A stretch of DNA of 38,749 bases from Octopus bimaculoides (taxonomy: Eukaryota), in the NCBI RefSeq assembly GCF_001194135.2, contig NC_068990.1, positions 57,283,594 through 57,322,342 of the forward strand, in the 5' to 3' direction. Below, piece after piece: positions 1 to 11,230 of this stretch. The position numbers and the translations under genes were made by a program. Under the pieces are notes generated by a model. That model worked only from the letters and a program-made list of their open reading frames with translations. It searched no databases and was not told the origin of the DNA. The first letter of the stretch is position 1; every line of letters starts with the position of its first letter.

Positions 1-28
1 ATATATATATATATATATACATATTTTA

Positions 29-230
29 TCTTTTACTTGTTTCAGTCAGTAGACTGTGGCTATGCTGTGGCAACGCCTTGAAGGAATATTTTAGTCAGAC
101 GAATTGACCCCAGTATTAATTTGTTTTTAAGCTTGATACTTCTGTCACCCACATTTGCTGAACTGCTAGGTTACAGAGGCATAAACACACCAACAGTTGT
201 CAAGCAGTAGTGGGGGACAAACGCACACAG

Positions 231-280
<50 letters not shown>

Positions 281-462
281 TGCATTAAATTAAGAAATGG
301 TAACGAATGAAAATTCTGTAAATAATAATTATTAGCATTAAGCGTATTGGTTATAAAAAATAGTCTAACATTGGGACATATAAGCCCACTATTACACTAG
401 TTTCTATAGCCAATACACAGTGAGTATTTATAAGCTTAAAGCTTATAATTATTATTTACAGA

Positions 463-500
<38 letters not shown>

Positions 501-682
501 ACACATATACACATGCCTGATTGGCTTCTTTCAGTTTCCATCTACCAGATCCACTCACAAGGCTTTGGTCAAACAAAGGCTATAGTAGAAGTAGAAGACA
601 CTTGTTGAAGGTTTCACACAGTGGGACAGAAATTGGAAAACTGTAGTTGGGAAGCAAGCTTCTTACCACACAGTCTTGCCTA
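29..682 (-). mobile_element. SINE family A (tRNA-like head + CORE-like domain + internal microsatellite + CR1-type tail), interrupted by a foldback insert
   Basis: Tail ttttacttgtttcagtc..ctgtggctatgctg at 29-70. CORE-like gaagacacttg at 594-604 and head remnant to ~680. Colinear with the other copies in the window. Confidence 0.85.
313..464. mobile_element. Foldback MITE-like palindrome inside SINE A
   Basis: Perfect 20-bp inverted ends attctgtaaataataattat (313-332 / 445-464). Imperfect pairing continues to a central tggg-acatataag-ccca. Confidence 0.7.
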
Positions 683-1059
683 TGTAATTGCTAAATGTTA
701 CATTTTTTTTTTTGCTCTAAATGTTATGGAAACACTAAATGCATTTCATTTTTGATGCAGCTAGCTATATTTTTAACATTGTCTTAATTTGTCTCAGTAC
801 TTTCTGATGAGTAGCAAAGAAATAATTTTCATGTATCATCTACATTAAACTAACTTCATATATGATTATAAAACAGTTTGCTTTTTACTTAACTATTAAC
901 CTTTTTTTTATTAACTATTAACTTAAAAACAAATCCTCAAAAATTTCTCAATATCCTTCTCCTTCACTTCATTTGTATTTTCTTGTACTGAGGACTGAGT
1001 ACATGTTTTCTTCCTTAATATCAGATTGCTTTTTATAATAGATATTCATGTGATTATGT

Positions 1060-1225
1060 GATCAACCAGACTATCAGATGTTATACATTGCTGACCACAA
1101 TGCACTTCGCATCATTTTAGCATTTGAATGATGCCATCCTGCTGACTAGATGAGCAGACCAACATACCCCCTGATTGGAAGGCTAGTTCATTGCAGGGTT
1201 ACCCATTTATAGCTGAATGGACTAA
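1060..1225 (-). mobile_element. SINE family C, 3' part (V-domain-like)
   Basis: Minus strand gggtaaccctgcaatgaactagccttccaatcagggg. Joins agctgaatggact, as in the copies at 14925 and 23538. Confidence 0.55.
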
Positions 1226-1227
1226 TA

Positions 1228-1372
1228 TTGGTTTCAAATTTTGGCACAAGGCCAGCACCTTGGGGGATGGAGGTAAGTCAATTACATTGACCCCAGTTCT
1301 CAACTGGTACTTATTTTATTAACTCCCGAAAGGATGAAAGGTAAATTCAACCTCAATAGAATGAATGGGCTA
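1228..1372 (-). mobile_element. SINE family B (Nin/Deu-domain-like), partial
   Basis: ggtttcaaattttggcacaaggccagc...caactggtacttattttat..aaggatgaaagg. Confidence 0.85.
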
Positions 1373-2338
1373 ACATAAGATATGTGAATGCTAAAAGTAT
1401 GAGTTGCATGAATGTTTGCCTGCTGGAAATATTAAACCTCACCTTGCTTAAATGGCACTCTGCCTCAGAAAAAATTAACAAAAGGATACTTCAGATAAAG
1501 TAATTCTAGATATATTCTTTTGCAAAAAAAAATTAGAAAAATAAATAAATAAAAAAAAGAGAGAGAGAGAGAGAAAAGAAATAAGAAAAGAGAGAAAAAG
1601 AAAAAAAATATAGATGGTTACTGCTGGAATGGCTTTGATCATTAGTCTTTTTACTGAAGTGTTGACCAAAGACTAAGCAGTAATAATAAACACACCAGAT
1701 ATTATGTTTTGATATATACTGTTAATATTCTGTTGATCAACATCTGGCATAAACAGAATGTAAAGAAAGCAAGGTATTCACAACCAGAATTTGAAATCAA
1801 GTTGCAAATTCAGCTTGCCTTCAGCTAATTTGACTTCGATGCATTCAAAAGCAATGTTGGTGAGTATATTAATAGCCTCAGAGAAAATATGAGTAAAGTT
1901 GATCAATGCAAAATTTGAACTACATAACTATAGACTTCAAAGCTTTTTTATATACAAGCATCAATTCCGGAACTCATATTTCTGTGCCAGAAAAACTTAC
2001 TCATTGATCAAGAAATGAATTTAATACTCCAAGAGAAACATTCAATGCAATATTTTTATGTTTAAATATCTTAAAAAGGTGTTATTTCTTGTTAGAAGTT
2101 TTTATCAATATGTGATGTTTTGACATATCACAAATATATATATATAAAAACATAACTTCTTAATCAATTCTGTATTTATTGTTATTGATAACTGAGCTAA
2201 AAGATTCTCTCTTTTATATATTTCTCATAAATATTTTTTTCATTCTTATTACTAATATTTATTTTTTTATTCTATATTTGATCATAGCAAGAACTAATAT
2301 ATCAAATATGACAACTGCTTCAATAAGATTTCTCATAT

Positions 2339-2339
<1 letters not shown>

Positions 2340-2380
<41 letters not shown>

Positions 2381-2447
2381 ATGTCTGCATGTATATGCAT
2401 GTTATGTATGTATGTATGTATGTATGTATGTATGTATGTATGTATGA
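2340..2447. repeat. Compound (CA)n and (TATG)n microsatellite
   Basis: Direct inspection. Confidence 0.95.
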
Positions 2448-2768
2448 ATGAAATAAAACCGCAATAGAAAAATAACAATAACAGAAAGTCAATTGAAATA
2501 AAAAGGAAAATAAAGAGATGAATAAAAGATAAAATAGAATAATAAAACAAAAAAGGTTAATAACTTTTCTTCAAGTTACAGAAAACCAATTTACTGTTTG
2601 GGTTTATATTTCTAGCTACATATTTTGTTTTCCCTCTAAGCTAAACTTTGATCTTTTCATATTCTATACACCCTCTTTGCTATTGGCTAATTTTCACCTC
2701 TACCTGCTGATTTTTTTTAATATTTAATTTTTCCAGACAGAAATAAGTTGATACACTGCCAGTTTGTA

Positions 2769-2972
2769 TATAACTATAGAAAGGTTTAAGTAAATAGAAT
2801 TAATTGAGTGGATTTTGAATTTACATTTTATCCACATGACTTAAATCATATCTGCCAAGATTTTAACCTTGCAAGAAATCTCTGACATCAATATTTTGGC
2901 AGATGTATGGATGAAAATTAAAAATACAATAAACAGTTGACTTAATTCCTTAACATTGGTGCTGTGTAGTTA
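2769..2972. mobile_element. Degraded MITE-like imperfect inverted repeat
   Basis: Inverted matches ataacta/tagttat, aattaa/ttaatt, tatcca/tggatg and atctgccaa/ttggcagat, all in symmetric order. Confidence 0.45.
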
Positions 2973-3337
2973 TGTAAATAAATAGGTGAAGTAAACAAGT
3001 AAATAAATACAGAAAGTCTTCTTTTTGTCAATCATGAAATATCCTTTAACATTGCTAAATTATTAATGAAATTGATATATATTGTTGAGATTGATGTGTT
3101 TGTTAATTTATGAATTGTATATTTGGGTGGAAGACCTGGAAATAATAATTTTTTACTATAGGCTTGAAACCATTTACCTGAGGGTTAAGAGTAACTAAAT
3201 ATATCAACTTTAGTCATGAGTGGCACTTATTTCATTGATTCCAAGAAGAAAAGCAAAATTTTTCTTCAAGGAATTTGAACTCAGAACACAAAAATATGAA
3301 CAATTACATACTAATAATCTTAGAAAACCTGAAAATA

Positions 3338-3530
3338 TTGGTTTCAAATGTTGGCACAAGGTTAATAATTTTAGGAGAGGGGTTAGTCGATTGCAACAAC
3401 CCCAGTGCTCAACTGATACTTATTTTACCAACCCAAAAATGAAAAGCAAAGTCAGCCTTGGTGGAGTTTGAACTCAGAACAAAGAGACATGAAATTCCAC
3501 TAAGCATGTTGCCTGGTATGCTGATGGTTA
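3338..3530 (-). mobile_element. SINE family B
   Basis: ggtttcaaatgttggcacaag...tttgaactcagaac...ctaagcatgttgcctgg. Confidence 0.85.
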
Positions 3531-3764
3531 ACAAAAATTTATGAATAAAAATAAATCAAGGCAATTTGATCTATACACACAAGCAGATTTATTTATGGTT
3601 GTCTATATAGTGTTTCATTTATGATTACTTTTTGGAGGCAAACCACAAATATATATTGTTTTAATAATTTCAATAATCTTAATAGCCATAATAATAATCT
3701 GAAAATCTCCCAAATTGTCATAAATCCATTGAATATCTTCTGTAGAAGTCTAAGCTAGCACGCC

Positions 3765-3938
3765 AGAAAAAGGCTTAGCAACATTTCATCTGTTTTATGT
3801 TCTCCTGAGTTCGAATTTCACTGAGGTTGACTTTGCCTTTTATCCTTTCAAGGTTCATGAAATAAGTACCAGTTGAGTACTTGGGTCAATGTAACTCTCT
3901 CACAAAATTTCAGACCTTGTGCCTATAGTAGAAAGGAT
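3765..3938 (+). mobile_element. SINE family B
   Basis: B-box-like gagttcgaatttc, then ctttgccttttatcctttc, aataagtaccag, ccttgtgcc. Confidence 0.85.
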
Positions 3939-4212
3939 ATTGTCATGCAGTGAAGCTGTAACGAAATTATTAATGACATATTAACCATACTTTTTATAAA
4001 CCACAAGACATTGTACATTAATTTTCAGTGGATGATAAGCCATGCACTTGACTTTTGAATTGAAGGTCTACTCTTGATAGGAGAAGAATATTTATTTAGT
4101 ATCTGTACACTTCACTTGATGTCTGCAGATAAAGCATAAGAAGGGATCAGGAAAAGTTACTGAGTATTGTAGGTTTGGAATAGGATGGAGTGAAAATAGT
4201 CTAATGATTTAA

Positions 4213-4350
4213 AATCAGTCTCAAATTTTGGTACAAGACCAGCAGTTTTGGGGGAGGAGTGTAACTTGACTACATCGACTCCAGTACTCAACTGGTACTT
4301 ATTTTATTGACTCCAAAAGGTGAAAGACAAAGTCAACTGTTGCAGAATTT
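4213..4350 (-). mobile_element. SINE family B, partial
   Basis: caaattttggtacaagaccagc...caactggtacttattttattg. Confidence 0.8.
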
Positions 4351-5877
4351 TTAATGATTTAATATCAAGTTTTAATTGTATGATAGTAAAGAATGATTTG
4401 ACAGAGTGTTGATTCCTATTTTTTTGCAGGTTGGGCAACTGCACAATGTTTCCTTCGTTTGCTCAAGATCATATGAAAGTGGAAATATTCTCATTCTAAT
4501 TGCAGCCTTGTTGCAGATTGAGTGACCATGTAAAAGTAATATCATTGTTTTGTATTCCTTATAAGCAGACTTATAACAATACTTGTATAAGCTGAATGTT
4601 CAGGCAAATACAACAAAGGAGATTTTCATATTCTTCACACAGTTTATTGATAATGGTAATATTTTTATTATTATTCTCAGCCTGATATATGTTTTTCAGT
4701 TCAAATTATTTGACCAATTGATGTAGTGAAAACAAGTTCTTAATAAAGAGAAGCAAATGTGAATAGTGAATAGAGAGTGAAACAGAGAGAACAGAGAGTT
4801 AAAGTGATAAAATAAGGAGATAATATAGTTTACGACAATGGAAATAGGTGTAAGCCACTGAACATTCATTTATTTTGTAGGGTCAACAGTAAGAAGTTCA
4901 ACGATGATCAGATATTGACTGCAAAAAAATATATATATATATATAAATATTCTTTGGTAGGTGTTTCTAGTTTCATATTTGTACACTTTATATTACAAGA
5001 GAATTTTAAGCAATACTTGGCAGCTAATTTCTAAGTGCAATGATATGGATATTATAATTACATTAAACTAAACAATATCTAATGATCCAATCTGGTAACA
5101 CCTCATATCTCTTCTTCACTCATGCTTTGTACATTTCTGTGATGTTGTACTAACAAAGGAGTTGATGTTTTCATTAATGACCATTTGTTATAATGAAGAG
5201 ATAAATAATCAATACATAAACCAATACATAGGTTTAAATATAAATGCACTTGTGTAGAGAAACCCATACACAGATGCATCACACACACACAAAAACATAC
5301 ACATAAACACAGCCACATATATCTATAAATTTCTAAGAGAAAAAAGGCATTCCATACATAGAGTTAAATTTTATTAATTTGTGTGCATGTATATATATAT
5401 ATATATGTATATATATATGTATGTATGTATATATTTAAACACATGCACGCTTGCGCGTGTGCACACACCCACACACATAAATGCTAGTATGTATGTGGCT
5501 AATTACGCTATGGAATCAAAGTCAAAGCACATTATTCTGAATTTTAGATATACCCTTAGGAAAACTGAAATTGAATTGAATCAAATCAAATGTTTCCCAG
5601 GATTTACTTGGAACTCGTGTAATTCTTTTTTAAATATTGAGTGCTTCTTTTTTACTTGTATGACACAAGTTCATTGATCTCTTACTTCATTCCAAACCTA
5701 TGTATATTTGTATGTGCGTACATACAAATTTATTCACACTCACACACACACATGCGCGCACGCACACGCACACACATTAATACATGATGAACTTTCTCCA
5801 CCAGGCTTTGGCTGAGCCAGGGCACTTGCCAACAATGCCATGCACAATGTATTTCAGTATATCGTTCCATCTCCATA

Positions 5878-6040
5878 CATACTGTGTTCAAATCCTGCTA
5901 AAGTCAACTTTGCCTTTCATTTTCTCAGACTTGATATAATAGAGTACCAGTACTTGATATAAATAAAGTACTGGAAATAATGCTATTGACTCGCTTGCTC
6001 CCATGAATGTCAGTGACCTTGTGCCAAAATTGGAAATAAT
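5878..6040 (+). mobile_element. SINE family B
   Basis: gttcaaatcctgctaaagtcaactttgcctttc...ccttgtgccaaaattggaa. Confidence 0.8.
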
Positions 6041-6477
6041 TATTATGGTTTTTAATTACTATACATTGCATATACTTGTGATATATATGTGAGTGTATAT
6101 ATGTGTGTCTATTCATATGTATAAATGTATGTATAAGAGTTTATGTATGCATGTGTATTTCTACAAATTTGTTTGCCTGATTACAAAAGTGTTTGTTAAA
6201 TCTCTAAAGAAGATATTAAAATGAATATGGGCTGGCATTCGTTCCTCCTACATTCCTGAAGCAGAAACATCTGTAAGCTAAGGAATTTAATTATGTAACT
6301 GTTGCTGTTTTGTCATTAATTACACACACATTTATATAAATATAGAATACTATTGAATAGTAAGAATGAGTGTTGAAAACTTCATTTGGCAAATAAATAT
6401 TCTTTCAATATATATATATCTCATTTATTTATTCAATAACACTTTGAGTTGGCTTAATGGAATTTAAAGTTTTGTAG

Positions 6478-6598
6478 ACCCCGAATGGACAAAAGGCAAA
6501 GTCAACCTCAGTGGAATTTGAACTCAGAATGTAAAGGCGAATGAAATACCGCCAAGCATTTTTCCCAGTGTGCTAATGCTTCTGCCAACTCATCACCT
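6478..6598 (-). mobile_element. SINE family B, 5' half
   Basis: aaaggcaaagtcaacctcagtggaatttgaactcagaatg...ctgccaactcatcacc. Confidence 0.85.
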
Positions 6599-7006
6599 AA
6601 ATAATAATGATAATAATATTTTCTTTATTATTGCCACAAAGGTGATAGTTGAGTCGGTGGTGGGTGCATTACAGAGAGGTTACTAACTATAATAATAGTG
6701 TAAACAATGTTTCAAGCTCTTCAAGTGTTTGTAATTTCAGCTACTGTTTCTTGTGTAAAACAATCTTCATAAGTTTGTAGTGTTTTAAAGAGTTGCTTAA
6801 TTAAATGTCAAATACAGAAAGGTATCTCTTTAATCTGCATTCATTGTTAAATATCTTTATATCCTGTATTTTATGATCAAAGGGAATATTTTCTCCTCTT
6901 AACATTTACAACAAAAGCAAAATTCCGTTTATATATTTATATTTTATTTTACTTTAGTATTTAAGTATCTGTATAGATATGAATCTCTCATACTTACTGT
7001 TTGTAG

Positions 7007-7070
7007 CAGGCACAATGCTGACAACTGCTGTGCAACCACTCCAAGCAACAGCTGATACACTATCTTATAG
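7007..7070 (+). other. Candidate internal coding exon (xGTMLTTAVQPLQATADTLSY), gene not identified
   Basis: Non-repetitive and GC-balanced 64 nt. Acceptor ttactgtttgtag|CAG (NAGNAG) and donor TAG|gtatta, with an open frame. A minus-strand reading (donor gtaagt at 6997-6992) is also possible. Confidence 0.35.
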
Positions 7071-7074
7071 GTAT

Positions 7075-7085
7075 TATTATTATTA

Positions 7086-7132
<47 letters not shown>
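7075..7132. repeat. (TAT)n microsatellite
   Basis: Direct inspection. Confidence 0.95.
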
Positions 7133-7300
7133 TTAGGCCAATGTTTTGTTGGAAAGAAGAATGGGATCGTCTCAGTATGTTACTAACAATTATTTAATTG
7201 ATACCCAGAACTGACAAAAATTTGCAACCTGATACAGGTAGAATTGAACTATTTAAATTGCAATCTCTCTGAGATTACCTCAGATTTTTATTATCTGAAG

Positions 7301-7382
7301 CAGAGGCCCTCAACCATTTTTTAATCTACGAACCCTTTTGACTCTCTTTTTACTCAGGTGGACCATCATAACCATTCCATGT
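7301..7382. mobile_element. hAT (Charlie-type) MITE end fragment
   Basis: cagaggccctcaaccattttt..ctacgaacccttttgactc resembles the reverse complement of the end at 21160-21241. Confidence 0.55.
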
Positions 7383-7386
7383 TCAA

Positions 7387-7606
7387 CCCTTTAGCATTCA
7401 AACGACTCTGTTAATTGTGATGCTTATTTATTCACAATATTTTGAATTCATCCTGCATTATCGAATAGCTTCAAGATTTCTATAATGTGACTGTTTATTT
7501 TTAGGATGACATTGTAGAGTAAGTGTGAAAGGTTGAATCTGGTTGGTTTGTCCATAAAACAGGTAGAGTATTTTGGCAGGATATGACCAATTTAAATGCT
7601 AAAAGG
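7387..7606. mobile_element. piggyBac-like MITE
   Basis: TIRs ccctttagcattcaaa / tttaaatgctaaaagg. Flanks tcaa and ttac look like decayed TTAA. Confidence 0.6.
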
Positions 7607-7694
7607 TTACATTTTTATTACATTTTATCATTTTTATCATTACATTTTTATCATTAAATATTATTAAGAATTGTACACAAAAATTGTTAAACAG

Positions 7695-7695
<1 letters not shown>

Positions 7696-7729
<34 letters not shown>

Positions 7730-7770
7730 TCGATGAGGACGATGATGAGGATGTTGACAATAATGATGAT
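7696..7770. repeat. (GAT)n microsatellite
   Basis: Direct inspection. Confidence 0.95.
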
Positions 7771-8099
7771 TAATCTTTGTATAAATTGTTATGGCTGACT
7801 CAATCATAATGTACTTCATTCATGGAAAAATATTCATAAGAAATATTTTAGAAAAAAATTTGGATGTATGAAAGTGAAATATGACAACCATATAGTTGGT
7901 CTGATGAATATTGACAATCCCAAGCAAATTTTAATCAAGAAAGGAAGTGACATACCAACCAACCCACCTGCTTCCAAACCACTACCACAACAACAAAACA
8001 AAATGACAATAACAACAAAAGCATGCATGAATTTTACAGTTATGTTACAGCTTACAGTGGTGTGTTCCACCCTTTGGCCATAATAAATAACATCTTTTA

Positions 8100-8303
8100 T
8101 TTTTTACTTGTTTTAGTAATTTGACTGTGGCCATGCTGGGGCACTATCTTGAAGAAGAAATGTATGATCAAACAAATCAACCCTGGTACATTTTTTTTTT
8201 AAAGCTCAGTACTTATTCTATAGGTCACTTTTGCTAAACTACTAAGTTACGGTGATGTAAACAAACTAACATCGGCTGTAAAGCAGTGGGGTGGAGGGAC
8301 AAA

Positions 8304-8348
<45 letters not shown>

Positions 8349-8531
8349 ACACACACTCACACACACACATATACAATGGGCACCTTTCAGTTTCTGTCTA
8401 ACAAAGCCACTTGCAAGACTTTGGCTGGCCTGAGGCTATGGTTGAAGACACTTGCACAAAGTGCTACACAGTGGAACTGCACCTGTAACCATGTGGTTGG
8501 TAAGCAAATGCCTTACCACACAGCCATCCCT
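8100..8531 (-). mobile_element. SINE family A, full length
   Basis: Tail, internal (CA)n at 8305-8370, CORE-like gaagacacttgcacaaagtgc, head to cacagccatccc. Confidence 0.9.
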
Positions 8532-8574
8532 GTATCTAAGTTTAATTTTTAGAAAGTATTTTGTTATTCATTAA

Positions 8575-9200
8575 TGATTTCTGATTTAGGTATAATGCCA
8601 ACAGTCTTGAGGAGAAAGCTTAAGTTGATTTCACGAACACAGTACTTTAGTGTTCTTTTGGTTTTTCACACTGCTTTTGCAGATTCCCATGACTCTCTAT
8701 CACCACTCAATTCCATTATTATGAATTTGAATTGGGAGCTTGAGTCATAGTGAATCCTTCATTAACTAATTACACAATCATGGACACCACCCCTATGGAT
8801 GAAATGCAGTTACTCTGTTGATAGAGCTTGGTGATCCTGACTGTTGATCTTCTAGGATTCTTCTTCTCAGTATCAATGTAAAAAGCACCATTGGCTCAGT
8901 AGGGCTCTTCCACTACCTCTTTACAATCTGCCATGCTGCATCCCCTCACTACACCATATCCCTGGAAGGTTGGGTGAATGAGTGCTATACCTTATCAAGG
9001 GGCAGTCTGTAACTCTATACAGAGCATAGTCATCACTTTGTGAGGTATCTTCAAAATACCTGCACACCTGTACTTATTTTATCAATTCTTACAAAGGATG
9101 AAATGCAGGGTTGATTTTAGTGAGATATGAACTCAAAACATAGAACAGGAACAAATACTGCAAGACATTTTGTCCAATGCTTTAATGGTTTTGCCAGTTT
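8575..9200 (-). mobile_element. SINE family B split by a ~415-bp insertion (8648-9061)
   Basis: 3' half at 8575-8647. 5' half resumes at ctgtacttattttatc..aaaggatgaaatgc..tgaactcaaaac (9062-9200). Confidence 0.55.
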
Positions 9201-9565
9201 TTGGCCCTTTGTTACTTATAACTAAACACAGAGATACCATGATCTGGGAAGGCTTTCAGAGTTTCTCATTAAACTTGATATTAGCATGAGGTCTTACTAA
9301 TGAGACTTTCTGAACAGCCTTAAGGTGAGGCTAAGTTAAAGCAATCTACAAGACTAATTTTCACCTCTAGTTTGTGTAGCATTAAGGGAATAAAAAAACA
9401 AAACTCTCCCAGATTATATGCCATTGTTGGCATTACTACTACCATCTTCTAGGTTTTCTTCTACTCCCCCTTCTCTTGTCCCCCTCTTCCTCTCTCCTTC
9501 CCTCTTCTCTCTCCCTCATCCCTCTTTTCCTCCTCCCTCCTAATTATTGGCATTATTATACAATT

Positions 9566-9772
9566 AAGGTGCTGGGCTGGTTGAAGTGTTAGCAAAAGCT
9601 ACTTGACATTTCTTCTGACTTTTTCCTTCTTGGATTCAAATTCCACTGAGGTTGCTGATGGTTTTCATCCTTTCAGATACAATAAAATAAAGTACCAGTT
9701 GAAAACTAACTTCAATGTAATCGACTTACCCCACTCCTTTAAAATTATTGGATTTGTGCCAAAATTTGAAAC
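9566..9772 (+). mobile_element. SINE family B, full length
   Basis: aaggtgctgggctgg..gattcaaattccactgagg..ttgtgccaaaatttgaaacc. Confidence 0.85.
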
Positions 9773-9802
9773 CATTATTATTATTATTATTATTATTATT
9801 AT

Positions 9803-10035
9803 CTATTTCTTTATTGCCCACAGGGGGCTAAACATAGAGGGGACAAACAAGGACAGACAAAGAGATTAAGTCGATTACATTGACTCCAGTATGTAACTGG
9901 TACTTATTTAATCGACCCCGAAAGGATGAAAGGCAAAGTCAACCTCAGCGGAATTTGAACTCAGAACGTAAAGACAGATGAAATACTGCTAAGCATTTTA
10001 CCCAGTGTGCTAATGTTTCTGCCAGCTCACCACCT
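9803..10035 (-). mobile_element. SINE family B, well-preserved copy with an alternative tail, flanked by (TAA)n on both sides
   Basis: Minus strand aaggtggtgagctggcagaa...gagttcaaattccgctgagg...ctttcatcctttcggggtcgat...gggcaataaagaaatag. Confidence 0.9.
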
Positions 10036-10054
10036 TATTATTATTATCATTCAG

Positions 10055-11000
10055 CTTAACTCAGAATTAATCTTATTCTTGGTAGAATTTATGCAGGTAG
10101 CAGGTTACAACCTACAACCTTAGATATTGACATGATTTCAATAAGCCATCACGTGTTCAAAACGCTTCTGATGATCTTTCCTGTTCCTGAGATGCCACTC
10201 ATACATAGACGCTCTACAGGACATTCCATTTCAATTGCCTTTATCCATTTCTCTACTTTCTCACTCACAGTCTGTAATGCACCAATTATCACATGTACAA
10301 CCTTTATAGATTTCATGTTCCAAATCCTTGCCATCTCAAATTGAATTTTTTCAACTTTTCATCTGCTTTCCTCACAATATAAAAATGAAATGGACATGAT
10401 AGATCAATTAGTAAGCAAATTTGATTTTCTTTGTAAATTACAGTAATATCTGGGTTGTATTCTACCTTCTTATCTCTTTGAATGGCAAAAATCCAACAAA
10501 ATCAATGCATGTTTCCAACTCAAGTACTCTTTCCACTCACTGGTTGTACCATTTACTTCCTGCTTCAAATCCCCATTTTTGACAAAGCTTCTAGTGTAAA
10601 ACTTTCATGCCTTGATCATTTCTCAATCTCTCATATTCTCCCTAGGCCAACCTGGGGTATTCTGCAACAACATCTGTCATTGTTTCATCTCAAAATTCCA
10701 CATACTCTACAATTTGGGGACACCTTCTCATATAAATATTTTCTCAAGTTGTTTGCTTGCAGTGCTTGATCCTGAGCAGCAATAACAAGGCATGTTGTTC
10801 CTTTTCTCCATTGCCCCTTTTACATCCAAGTCCAGAATTGTGCTTCATATACATCTTCAGTGGCTTTCTAAAACTGATCATGCAAAAGTTTCTTATCAAT
10901 CTGTTTAACATGTTCTCTGTGGGGCTCATTTTTATTCTTTTCTCCTTTTCCAATCTTGATCATGTGTATTTTATTCATTACCTTTACTAACTTTACTACC
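10055..11000 (-). mobile_element. Decayed R4/Dong-like (RLE-type) non-LTR retrotransposon, 3' kb, copy 1
   Basis: Manual translation across frameshifts: LHDQF..IAAQDQAL..CRVCG (knuckle)..KWYNQ..PDITVI..LIDLSCP..ARIWNMKSIKVVHVIIGALQTV..GTGKIIRSVL*. Confidence 0.85.
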
Positions 11001-11030
11001 GCTTGTAAGATTATTATTATTATTATTATT

Positions 11031-11225
11031 AAGGTAGCCAGCTGACAGACTTGTTAGTATACAGGTCAACAAACTTAACAGCATTTCCTGTCTTTATGTC
11101 CTGAGTTCAAATTTCCTCAAAGTTAACTTTGCCTTTTATTCTTTTGGGCATGTTTATATAAGTACAAGTCAGTTACTTCCCCTCCTCTAAAAAGTTGCTG
11201 GCCTTGTGTCAAAATTTGAAAACGT
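11031..11225 (+). mobile_element. SINE family B
   Basis: aaggtagccagctgacag..gagttcaaatttcc..ggccttgtgtcaaaatttgaaa. Confidence 0.85.
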
Positions 11226-11230
11226 CATTG

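Noticed and set aside
800-826. CTGATGAG..GAAA motif resembling a hammerhead core
   Set aside because: No pairable stem II or stem III, so a chance match.
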